Assembly (NCBI GenBank): GCA_963775955.1
Contig: CAVZKT010000002.1
Span: 7,994-71,993 of the forward strand
DNA: 64,000 nucleotides
Origin: Candidatus Moraniibacteriota bacterium
Lineage (GTDB): Bacteria > Patescibacteriota > Minisyncoccia > Moranbacterales > UBA2206
Direction: 5' to 3'
The notes beneath the pieces are model-generated. The model was not told the origin of the DNA, made no database searches, and saw only the letters and a program-made list of their open reading frames with translations. The translations under genes were made by a program, and so were the position numbers. Positions 1 to 8,451 of the stretch are shown piece after piece (position 1 is the stretch's first letter; every line of letters starts with the position of its first letter).

Positions 1-553
1 CTTCCAGGTTGGTTTTAGGCGCTGGTTGTATTTTTATTTTATTTTCCAAATGCAAAATCAAATCAACCAAAGTGCCCACCGGAATAACTGTCAGATCCTC
101 AATAATGGAAGCCTCGGCGGCATTGTCGCGCGGCACATAAATTTCCGTGAGGCCTTTTTCTTTAGCTAAAATAGCCATCGGCAGGACGCCTTTTACCGGA
201 CGGACTTTGCCGTCCAGCGAGAGTTCGCCGAGAAATAATTTGTTGTGCCAGTCAAAGCTTATTTGCCCGGTCGTCAGAAGAAAACCCAAGGCCATCGGCA
301 GATCGTAAATTGGCCCTTCTTTTTTAAGATCGGCTGGAGCCAGATTGACGGTTACCCGGCCGCACTGGTGCGGGGGCTTAAATTTGCTGTTGCGGATAGC
401 CGCGCTGACGCGGTCGCGCGATTCCTTAACGGCGGCATCAGGCAATCCGACCACATTAAATTGATGCAAGTTGGCTTTGACCGTGTCGGCCTCAACTTCA
501 ATTAGCTCGCTTTTGAGTCCGATAGTAACGGCGGATAATATTTTTGAAGGCAT
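1..553 (-). CDS. comM: Mg-chelatase-like ATPase YifB/ComM, N-terminal part (gene continues past window start)
   Basis: Absent from the ORF track because it is open to the window edge. Reverse translation from ATG (complement of 551-553) gives MPSKILSAVTIGLKSELIEVEADTVKANLHQFNVVGLPDAAVKESRDRV...GELSLDGKVRPVKGVLPMAILAKEKGLTEIYVP, typical YifB/ComM N-domain. Confidence 0.8.
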   Translation of the reverse strand, partial: MPSKILSAVTIGLKSELIEVEADTVKANLHQFNVVGLPDAAVKESRDRVSAAIRNSKFKPPHQCGRVTVNLAPADLKKEGPIYDLPMALGFLLTTGQISFDWHNKLFLGELSLDGKVRPVKGVLPMAILAKEKGLTEIYVPRDNAAEASIIEDLTVIPVGTLVDLILHLENKIKIQPAPKTNLE

Positions 554-604
554 AAAAATTCATGGAACATGAAGCATGAAACATAAAACAATTTTTTAAA
601 TTGC

Positions 605-1021
605 TCATATTTCTTTTCTTTTTTGTTTCATGTTGTATGTTATATGTTTTATAATTAATAATATAACACCCGCGCAGATAAAAACATCCGCAATATTGAA
701 TAACGGCCAGATTTTAAAGTCAATGAAATCAGTGATACAGCCTAAATACAAGCGGTCTATAATATTGGAAACTGCACCGGACAGGATAAGTATTAAGCAT
801 AAAGTGTTGGGCATGAAGCATTTCTTGTATAAAAAAACTGTGAGTATGAAAATAATTATCAGCCAGAATGTCCAGAATAAAATATCAGGAATTTTTATGC
901 CGAAAGCAACGCCAGAATTGCAAATATAAAACCCGCCTAAATGGCGGATTAAAGATTTGCTTAACTGGTCAGCCAAGATTAAAAATGCGAAGAGTATGAT
1001 TTTATTTATTTTAAACATCAA
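605..1021 (-). CDS. lspA: lipoprotein signal peptidase (signal peptidase II)
   Basis: 138-aa polytopic ORF with SNIIDRL and FNIADVFI motifs of LspA. Confidence 0.85.
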   Translation of the reverse strand: MMFKINKIILFAFLILADQLSKSLIRHLGGFYICNSGVAFGIKIPDILFWTFWLIIIFILTVFLYKKCFMPNTLCLILILSGAVSNIIDRLYLGCITDFIDFKIWPLFNIADVFICAGVILLIIKHITYNMKQKRKEI

Positions 1022-1030
1022 TTTGGCAAG

Positions 1031-1393
1031 CTATACGGAGGATTTATTTTTGCATTTAATGCAGCGTCTGGCGGAAGGATTAGCGCGCAGCCGTTCAATT
1101 TCAATAGTTTCCCCGCATTCGGCGCAAGTTCCATAAGTTCCGCTTTCCATTTTTCCCAAAGCCGCAATAATGTCCTGCAATTTTTTTTCAAGCGTTATTT
1201 CCACCGGCAGAGTATCCGCATATTGTTCAACTTCGGTGGTATTATCTTCACGATCGCTTCCAATTTCTTCAAAAGATGTTTTATAATCTCCTTTATCATC
1301 CACGGGCTTGGCAATGCGGGATAAATTTTCTTTCAGCTCCACTTTTTCTTTTAATAAGGCTTCTTTTAATTCGGATGATAATTTTTGATCCAT
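1031..1393 (-). CDS. DksA/TraR-family C4 zinc-finger protein
   Basis: 120 aa, acidic N-terminus, C-terminal CAECGETI...CIKC four-Cys finger. Confidence 0.75.
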   Translation of the reverse strand: MDQKLSSELKEALLKEKVELKENLSRIAKPVDDKGDYKTSFEEIGSDREDNTTEVEQYADTLPVEITLEKKLQDIIAALGKMESGTYGTCAECGETIEIERLRANPSARRCIKCKNKSSV

Positions 1394-1465
1394 GGTTTCG
1401 TTGTTAATTTGTTACATTATTAATTTGATATCACGTGATTATTCTATCAAAGTATCATTTAATTG

Positions 1466-1852
1466 TCTATAAATAAATACTTTTTAAGTGCTTAACCTTA
1501 GCCGTTCGGGACTCCCAGTCCAACCAGACGGAAACAGCGTCAAAGCGGTAATCTTTATCCTGCCAGTTCTTTTTATTAAGATAAGAGCCGGCAATGCGGG
1601 AAAGTTTGCGCAATTTGAGCGGGTGATGTTTTCCTCCGGCAAAGTGTCCTCGTTGCCCTGAAGCCGCCGGGTTTTCACTTCCACAAAAACAAGTTCCCCG
1701 GCTTCTTTATCTTCGGCGATAATATCAATTTCTCCCAGCCGTTTGCCCAGCGAATTTTTGTAATTCATTTCCAAAATTTTGTAGCCGTTATTTTGCAAAA
1801 AATTAGCCGCCACCTGCTCGCCGGTTTTCCCGGCCTCTAAAGCTTGTGTCAT
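1466..1852 (-). CDS. yraN: YraN/UPF0102 family endonuclease (one apparent frameshift near 1620)
   Basis: ORF 1484..1852 starts [21 protein letters not shown]...GEIDIIAED...VFVEVKTR. The family-like tail [35 protein letters not shown] is in another frame after about 1620, with stop at 1466-1468. Confidence 0.7.
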
Positions 1853-1897
1853 ATTGGTCTTATATGTCTTATCCGTCCTAGTTTAACATTTTTGAAA

Positions 1898-1920
1898 ACA
1901 AAAAAACACCTGCCTGGTGC
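1898..1920 (-). terminator. rho-independent terminator-like hairpin (CACCAGGCAGGTG + T7 on minus strand)
   Basis: Stem CACC/GGTG followed by TTTTTTT read on the minus strand. It ends the structured region 1920-2335. Confidence 0.5.
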
Positions 1921-2335
1921 ATACTTGTAAACGATTTACTGCAAGGTATGGGAACCAGGGCGCTCGAACGCCCAAATATTATAAATAATAGGCTGGAACG
2001 CCCCGGTGTTCAACATGTATCAACATGTAACACGGAAACGCTCTAGCGTGGGTGAGTACGCATTGATTGTTATGGTGAACATGTATTTTGTATACATGCG
2101 TTTTTCTCTTGCCACTCTCTGGCTTTCGCCTTTATAAAGAACAAATTTTTATTTTTTATTTTTATTTTAATAAAAATTTTTTTGTTTTTGTTTTAGGGTC
2201 TCCGATTTTTATCGGAGCGGTTCTGAAATGTTATTCAGAACACTTGAACAGCAAGAGAGTTTTCAATCGCAAATAGGGGGAAATTGCGATTGAAAACCCT
2301 AGTGCTGTTCTGGTTTATATTTTAACGAACCTTCA
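1920..2335. ncRNA. candidate structured non-coding RNA / structured spacer (class not recognised)
   Basis: About 400 bp without a credible ORF. Nested hairpins include CTCCGATTTTTATCGGAG, GTTCTGAAATGTTATTCAGAAC, the long stem GAACAGCAAGAGAGTTTTCAATCGCAA...TTGCGATTGAAAACCCTAGTGCTGTTC, a GGCGAAAGCC GNRA-type loop and a T-arm-like GGGCGTTCGAGCGCCC (minus). Confidence 0.25.
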
Positions 2336-2673
2336 ACATCCACACGCGCCTTTTTGTAAGGCTTTTCGCATACTGTATAGCCATTATAGCAGAAAAAAAG
2401 GGAAAAGTCAAAGGTATTTTGGGGAAAGTAGCTTGTTTAAGGCAAAAAACGGTATTTTTTAGCTATTTTTTAATCTGTTATATAAAAATTCAATTTTTTG
2501 AAAAAAATTAAAGAAAATCTCTTTTTCCGGACAGCTGGCCAGAACTGTGGATAACATGTTGATACCGTTACAACTTAAACAATTTTAGCTGTACTGTATG
2601 GAAAATCTGCCGGGCAATGTCAATTTATCAGTCTAAAACTAGCATGGATTAAGTTGTAACGGCATTAAAAATG

Positions 2674-3843
2674 CTATTCAGTCTGGGGTTTTAGGTAGTC
2701 TGTAATTGATCTTAGTGTCATTTTGGTAGTTCCGATAACCAGCTTGTCATTGTAAATTGCGTAATCTACTGACAAATCTTCCGGCGATATTATGTTCATG
2801 TAGCGTATGGCTAAGCCGTTATAATCGCTAGTGGCAAATATTTTAGCCGGCAAAGTATATTCGGTTGCCAGAAAAAGCGGGGAGAGTTTTTCGGCCAAAG
2901 TTTTTTCTTCCAGCGCCATTAAGCTTTTTAATTTAACTGGATCTTTGGAATCAATGGCGAGACCCAGCCTGGTGACGGCGTTGTCGTTATAAATAAACAA
3001 GCTGAATGTATCAGACAGGTTTGCGGCGAGCGCCGGCGAAAAGGTGATTTCTGAAATTATCGCAAAATCTTTGAAAAGAATCGAATTTCCCTCCGCGTCA
3101 ATAGTGGTAAATTCAACCGGAGAGGCAATGTTTTCATTTGCCACATCTTGGGCGTAATTTTGCAAAGTTTCTTTCAGCGTGAGGCTGTCAGTAGCGTCAG
3201 TATCAACAACAAGCTCATTTGGTTTGTCAGTTGAAAATTTGGAAACCGGTTCCGGTGTCGGCTCCGGTTCAGTGACGGGCGGGATCACAACAATTTCCGG
3301 AGTGCTTTGGCGGGTAAGCCAAAAATAGTAGCCTCCTCCCGCGATAATTGCAACAATCAAAACAGCTATAACTCCGGCGAATACTTTGCCGAAATTAACG
3401 TGATGCGGGTGCTGTTTTGTTGGGGAACTTTTTTCAGAATCAAAAATAGGTTTTTCAAAAGTTTGAGCCGGGGATTTATGGTCAGCAGCGGCCGGTTTTT
3501 CCGGCTTGGGTGCGGGGCTAACAAACTGAATGCGAGAGTCGGAAGCATCCGATTTTATGGTTTCTGCGCGGGATTCTGTGTTTTCCGGAGCGCTCTTTTT
3601 TGGGGCGGAAAAGTCCAAAAACGGACTGCCCTTTTGCGCTTCCGTAAGTTTTTCCCGGTTTATGGGCTGGATGCGGGCTGTCTCCTCTTGATCTTCATTT
3701 TTTTTAGCCAGTTCGGGATGTTTAATCGCTTCCAAATCTTTTTTCATGGTATGCACCGGCAGATCTTTAACCGGCAAATCGTGTTCCTGGCTTAAGTTGG
3801 CTTGGCTGGCATCAGTTGTTTGATTGTTTTTGTTTTGAAACAT
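2674..3843 (-). CDS. hypothetical membrane-anchored protein (disordered N-terminus, one TM, folded C-domain)
   Basis: 389-aa ORF with single hydrophobic helix FAGVIAVLIVAIIAGGGYYFWL. No recognised motif. Confidence 0.6.
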   Translation of the reverse strand: MFQNKNNQTTDASQANLSQEHDLPVKDLPVHTMKKDLEAIKHPELAKKNEDQEETARIQPINREKLTEAQKGSPFLDFSAPKKSAPENTESRAETIKSDASDSRIQFVSPAPKPEKPAAADHKSPAQTFEKPIFDSEKSSPTKQHPHHVNFGKVFAGVIAVLIVAIIAGGGYYFWLTRQSTPEIVVIPPVTEPEPTPEPVSKFSTDKPNELVVDTDATDSLTLKETLQNYAQDVANENIASPVEFTTIDAEGNSILFKDFAIISEITFSPALAANLSDTFSLFIYNDNAVTRLGLAIDSKDPVKLKSLMALEEKTLAEKLSPLFLATEYTLPAKIFATSDYNGLAIRYMNIISPEDLSVDYAIYNDKLVIGTTKMTLRSITDYLKPQTE

Positions 3844-3960
3844 TTTTTTATTTTTCGCCGGATTATTTTTTCGGCAAATTTTAAATTAAAAATAGAGACG
3901 CTTTGCGCATCTCTATTTTACAACGAAAACGGTTTTATTGCCAATGGTAAGCTGTGGATA

Positions 3961-6083
3961 TCATTTGATAATTTTTGCCGCCGCCTTGATGGACAAATTT
4001 ATCCGGCCCTGGCTGTCAATTTCCCGGACTTTGACCGGAACGATATCGCCGATTTGAACCACGTCTTCAACTTTTTCTACGCGGTGGTCAGCCAGTTCCG
4101 AAATATGAATCAAGCCTTCCTGCCCGGGCAGAATTTCCGCAAAGGCGCCGAAGTTCATAATACGGGTGATTTTAGCGTTGAATATTTCGCCGGCTTTTAC
4201 TTCGTGCGTCAGGTTATCAATCCATTCCTGCGCTTTTTTGGCGGCTACTGCGTCCGGAGAAGTGATAAAAACCGAACCGTCGTCCTCAATGTCAATTTGC
4301 ACGCCGGTTTCGTCAATAATAGCGTTGATAATTTTGCCTCCCGTGCCGATGACATTCCTGATTTTGTCCGGGTTAATCTTCATAATGATAATTCTTGGCG
4401 CATATTGGCTCATTTCCGCTCGCGGAGCAGGGATTGCAACCGTAATTTTCTCCATAATTTCCATTCTGTTTTCCCGGGATTGCTCCAGAACGGCCTTCAG
4501 CATTTCCAGCGTTACGCCATCCAACTTTACATCCATTTGCAGCGCTGTGATGCCGATTTCGGTGCCAGCCGCTTTAAAGTCCATGTCGCCATAATGGTCT
4601 TCCAATCCTTGGATATCGGTGAGAACTTTGAATTTTCCGTCATGTTCCCGACGATAATTCCCATGGCAATTCCGCTAACCGGGCTTTTGATTGGCACGCC
4701 GGCATCCATAAGCGACAGAGTTGATCCGCAAGTGGAAGCCATTGAAGAAGATCCATTGGAGGAAAGCATTTCGGAAACTAAAAGAATAGTGTAGGGAAAT
4801 TCATCTTTGGGAGGCAAAACTGGAACTAAAGCTTTTTCGGCCAGAGCGCCGTGGCCGACTTCGCGCCGTCCCGGTCCGCGCATCGGCTTCACTTCTCCCA
4901 CTGAATACGGAGGAAAATTGTAATGATGGATATATCTTTTTTTCATATCCACTTCCATTGTGTCAATCACCTGTTCATCGCCAGGAGAACCCAGAGTTGT
5001 GACAGTCAGAGCTTGTGTTTCTCCGCGGGTGAATAAGTCCGGTGCCGTGCGTTCTGGGCAAAATTCCAACTTGGCATGCAATTTGTCGAATTTCATTTAA
5101 TTTGCGGCCGTCCGGGCGTTGTTCTTTTTCCTAAAATATTCTGATGCACAATTTCATCCGAAGTTTCTTCAAAAACTTGCTCGGCAATTTCTTTTAATGT
5201 CTTTTCACGTTCGGAGCTTCTGGAAAAGTTTCTTTGATATAGGCGTTGACTTTTTCCTTGATAGCTTTGATTTTTTCCTCAATCACTTGCTTATCTTGGG
5301 TCATACAGGGCTTCAGCCAGGTTTTCTGCCAGCAAAATTTCTTTTATTTTAGCTTCAAATTCAGGCGTGCCTTGCAATAAGGCCGGTTCTGATTTGGCTT
5401 TGCCAACTTCTTTTTGAATATCTTCAATAAAAGCGGCAATTTTTTTGACGGCTTCATGGCCGAATTCAAAAGCTGGACAGAATTTCTGCTTCCGGAACTT
5501 CCTTGGCGGCTGTTTCAATCATATTGATTTTATCCTTGGTTCCGGAAAGCACGATGTCAAAATCTCCGTCCGTAGTTTCGCCATTGACCGGGTTCAAAAT
5601 AAATTCGCCCTTAACTCTGCCGATGCGCACCGCGCCAACCGGGCCGTTCCAAGGAATATTGGAAATAGAAAGGGCGGCGGAAGCGGCGATGATTGCCAAG
5701 ATATCCGGATCGTTTTCTCCATCATAAGAAAAAACCGTGACAATAACTTGCACTTCATTGCGCATCCGGTGGTTAAAAAGCGGGCGGATGGTGCGGTCAA
5801 CCATTCTTCCGGAAAGAACGGCGTCGTCCGAAGGGCGGCCTTCTCTTTTAATAAATCTTGAGCCTTTGATTTTTCCGGCGGCATAATATCTTTCTTCAAA
5901 ATCCACCATCAGCGGGAAATATCCGCTGATTCTGGACGCGCCTTTGCTCATAGTGGCGGCGGCTAAAACAACCGTGTCGCCATAGCGCACAGTTACTGAT
6001 CCATTGGCCTGTCCGGCTAAAAGCCCGGCTTCAACCTCAAGAATTCTCCCTCCGATTTGGAGAGACCATTTTTTATGTTCCAT
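3961..6083 (-). CDS. pnp: polynucleotide phosphorylase (interrupted by at least 3 frame changes)
   Basis: Fragments 5466-6083, 5291-5518, 4527-5096 and 3961-4605 give, in order, RNase PH domain 1, the helical linker, RNase PH domain 2 (RPDGR...[15 protein letters not shown]), then KH and S1 domains. Confidence 0.9.
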
Positions 6084-6333
6084 ATAGAACGTACTAGCCT
6101 TGCGCCAGCAACGTCATAAACACGATACTTATCTCGAGGCTCGTAACTCATAACTCATAACGATTCCGGGTCGGGTTACGGGTTATGCGTGTCGAGAGAA
6201 ATATTGTGCCTGTTACGCACTAGCAAAGACTGATTAATAAATTATTAAGTATTATGATCATATATTACTATGGGCATTTTGTCAAAAAGAAAGGGAGATT
6301 TTTAGTTTCCCGCACCTAATTTTCTTAGGTTTT

Positions 6334-6702
6334 TTAACCGGATACAAATCCAATAAAAGTACACAAATGGTTGTCTTGAATTTTTTTCTCGATAAAAAAA
6401 TGATCGTTAGTAACCAGCCAAACTGGTTTTTTTCGGTGTCTCGTTAAAATCCATTTTTCATCTATTTCTCCGAATTTGCCAACCCGTTGCGTTTCAACCA
6501 GAGTAATTGGATTACAATAATCCATAGTTCTTCGCCAGACGCTTCGTTTTTTGGCAGTTATTTTTTCCAGAAATTCCATGGCTGCCCAATAAGTGGCGAA
6601 TTTTTTTATTACAACTTTTTGCAAAAGGCCTTTTCTGAAAGTATAAAGCAAAACAAGCAACCCGGGTACAATCGTGCACATTAACAAAAACACTTTTTCC
6701 AT
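6334..6702 (-). CDS. hypothetical protein with N-terminal TM helix
   Basis: 122-aa ORF, no recognised motif. Confidence 0.45.
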   Translation of the reverse strand: MEKVFLLMCTIVPGLLVLLYTFRKGLLQKVVIKKFATYWAAMEFLEKITAKKRSVWRRTMDYCNPITLVETQRVGKFGEIDEKWILTRHRKKPVWLVTNDHFFIEKKIQDNHLCTFIGFVSG

Positions 6703-6730
6703 TTTTACCCTCCCTATATTTTTAAAATTA

Positions 6731-7228
6731 CTATATCAAAAACTTCCTTTTATTTTCCGAAAGACTGGTGAATTCGTCAGCGGCTTCAATGAGTTTGGAG
6801 CTGGTGGATTCTTTAAAGGCCATCACTTCCACAATACAACCGGTGGTGTTTTGAATATATTCCACGACTGGAATATAATCTCCGTCGCCGGAAACTAAAA
6901 CTAAAGCATCCAGGCTCTTGGACATTTTGATGGCGTCCACCGCGATGCCGACATCCCAGTCGCCTTTTTTGGCTCCGCCGGGAAAGATTTGCAGATCTTT
7001 GGTTTTTACTTCAAAGCCTTGTTTTCCGAGCGCTTCAAAAAATTTTTCTTCCTGGCCTTCAACAGTTTTGATTCCATAAGCAATCGCGCGGATCAGTTTT
7101 CTTCCCGAAACCGCGTCCAAAAGGACGTTTTTGAAATTAACTTTTTTTCCGTGAAGCACGCGGGCGCTGTAATAGAGATTTTGAATGTCCACTAATACAC
7201 CGACTCTTTGTTCTTTGAACTTTGCCAT
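6731..7228 (-). CDS. NYN-domain (LabA-like) protein
   Basis: MAKFKEQRVGVLVDIQNLYYSAR...LVSGDGDYIPVVEYIQ. The internal ATG at 7226-7228 is the more likely start than the track's 7279. Confidence 0.75.
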   Translation of the reverse strand: MAKFKEQRVGVLVDIQNLYYSARVLHGKKVNFKNVLLDAVSGRKLIRAIAYGIKTVEGQEEKFFEALGKQGFEVKTKDLQIFPGGAKKGDWDVGIAVDAIKMSKSLDALVLVSGDGDYIPVVEYIQNTTGCIVEVMAFKESTSSKLIEAADEFTSLSENKRKFLI

Positions 7229-7439
7229 TTTTGTCTTTGAGCGGAGCGAAAAGCTACAAAAATGAGCATCCCGCACCAATTCATTTATTAAATTATCTAT
7301 TAGTTAAAATTAAGCCGCAGGCGAATCCGTGGAACCATCCAGATATTGGCAGAAAACCAGTTTCGGAATTGGTGCTGGGATAGCCATCGCTTTTTATTTA
7401 GTTAAAACTTCCAAGGTTAAGCCTCGGAAGTTGAAGTGA

Positions 7440-7706
7440 TTATTTCAGATCTAATTGTTTCAGCAGTTTTTTGTAAGCTTTTTCGTCTTTGCCTTCCAGA
7501 TAGCTCATCAGTTTTTTTCTTTTGGAAACCATCTTGAGCAGACCTCTGCGGGAATGAAAATCTTTCGGATTTTTTTTAAGATGAGAAGTGAGCTTTTTGA
7601 TCTGTTCGGTGAAAAGGGCGATCTGGTATTCCGGCGAACCGGAGTCCTTCTCATGCCTTTTTACTTCCTTGGTCACTTTATCTTTTTGTTTGCCTGTGAG
7701 GGCCAT
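7440..7706 (-). CDS. rpsO: 30S ribosomal protein S15
   Basis: 88 aa, ...GSPEYQIALFTEQIKKLTSHLKKNPKDFHSRRGLLKMVSKRKKLMSYL. Sits upstream of pnp as in many bacteria. Confidence 0.9.
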   Translation of the reverse strand: MALTGKQKDKVTKEVKRHEKDSGSPEYQIALFTEQIKKLTSHLKKNPKDFHSRRGLLKMVSKRKKLMSYLEGKDEKAYKKLLKQLDLK

Positions 7707-7913
7707 ATGTTTTGGGGCTGAACATTCGTTCCGATCCGCCGCGGCGGACGAAAACCAATGTCCGCTAAATTAAAATAAATTATTTTTCCAATGCGTCTTT
7801 ATGTCATCGTAAATTTTTTAGGGTCTGATAAGCTTCCATAATTTCAATGCTGACGTTGCACTGTCTTTCAGGGCTTCCTGCTATATTAGTTCTTGAATAT
7901 CTATGTCCTTTCC

Positions 7914-8084
7914 CTAAAATCCGCGGTGAATTTCTTGCCTATTAATCACATCTATATCTTCAGTGCTAAATATTTTTAGCGCAGCAATTCCACTATATCT
8001 TCGGCATATGCCTTTAATTAGAACATTCTTTTTCCGCTTCTTAGTTGCTTTTTCTGGAGTTAATTCCGAATTTTCTTCAAACAT
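7914..8084 (-). CDS. small hypothetical ORF (56 aa, possibly truncated by an indel)
   Basis: Below the ORF-track cutoff. MFEENSELTPEKATKKRKKNVLIKGICRRYSGIAALKIFSTEDIDVINRQEIHRGF. Weak. Confidence 0.2.
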   Translation of the reverse strand: MFEENSELTPEKATKKRKKNVLIKGICRRYSGIAALKIFSTEDIDVINRQEIHRGF

Positions 8085-8142
8085 AAATTTAGCTTAGTGC
8101 ATTATAACCATATCAAAGGAAGAGGATTTTGTCCAGGATGGT

Positions 8143-8320
8143 TTTACTTTTTCTTTCCGCAAGAAAAAGTAACAAAAAGAACTCTCAGCAGGACAAAATT
8201 TCCAAACAAATCCTACGCTCGTTCGCTAAAATTTTTGGTTGCCCCGAGACGGACCTAAAAATTTCTTGATGCTCTCTCACTTGAGTTTGTGGTTGGAAAT
8301 TTTGTATGCTGAAGAATTTT
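8143..8320 (+). repeat. ~190-bp long-hairpin repeat, copy 1 of 3
   Basis: CTTTTTCTTTCCGCAAGAAAAAGTAACAAAAAGAACTCTCAGCAGGACAAAATTTCCAAACAAAT... is repeated almost verbatim at 43452 and (more diverged) 46851. The left and right halves are imperfect reverse complements. Confidence 0.8.
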
Positions 8321-8351
8321 TTAAAATATGCTAGAATGGATAAGTTATTTA

Positions 8352-8451
8352 CCCCGTTAGAGTTTTAATATGAATTATGCGGGGATAAAGCAGTAATCTT
8401 TTTTGGTTTTTCAATATTAAATAAATTTAATTTTGTAAAACTCTAACGGGG
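8352..8451 (+). repeat. CCCCGTTAGA-type inverted-repeat element (16-bp perfect arms)
   Basis: CCCCGTTAGAGTTTTA at 8352-8367 and TAAAACTCTAACGGGG at 8436-8451 flank an AT-rich 68-bp core. The right arm abuts the pcrA GTG start. Confidence 0.8.

Noticed and set aside
1920-2335. Tested the structured region as tmRNA, RNase P RNA, SRP RNA or 6S RNA.
   Set aside because: None of the diagnostic boxes was found on either strand: GGGG..TTCGAC 5' end with an acceptor/T-arm 3' end; GAGGAAAGTCC with ACAGAA; GGAAGCAGCC. It is kept only as an unclassified candidate.
2546-2554. Perfect DnaA box (TGTGGATAA, the complement of TTATCCACA) next to a long A/T tract. A second perfect box lies at 51512-51520. Considered as a possible oriC.
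   Set aside because: Only single isolated boxes, with no cluster and no dnaA/dnaN nearby. Two perfect 9-mers in 128 kb of two-strand sequence is close to chance expectation (about 0.5).
2565-2662. 14-bp perfect inverted repeat CCGTTACAACTTAA / TTAAGTTGTAACGG separated by 70 bp, just downstream of the minus-strand gene 2674-3843.
   Set aside because: It is real in the sequence but is a single copy with no recognisable partner family. It is most simply a long terminator or stabiliser hairpin, with too little evidence for anything more.
3802-4794. Long antisense ORFs in the track, for example 3802-4794 (+) opposite pnp, 23499-24341 (-) opposite rpsA, 9825-10382 (-) opposite pcrA, 11900-12451 (-) and 56833-57531 (-) opposite nusA.
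   Set aside because: Each lies opposite a gene with clear family motifs, has low-complexity or odd composition, and lacks an RBS. These are typical shadow ORFs.
3961-6083. Considered whether pnp, gyrA, hppA and cca are genuine pseudogenes in a degrading genome.
   Set aside because: They are single-copy essential functions, and conserved motifs are perfectly preserved on both sides of each break. Assembly indels are more parsimonious. This is kept as an open point in the findings.
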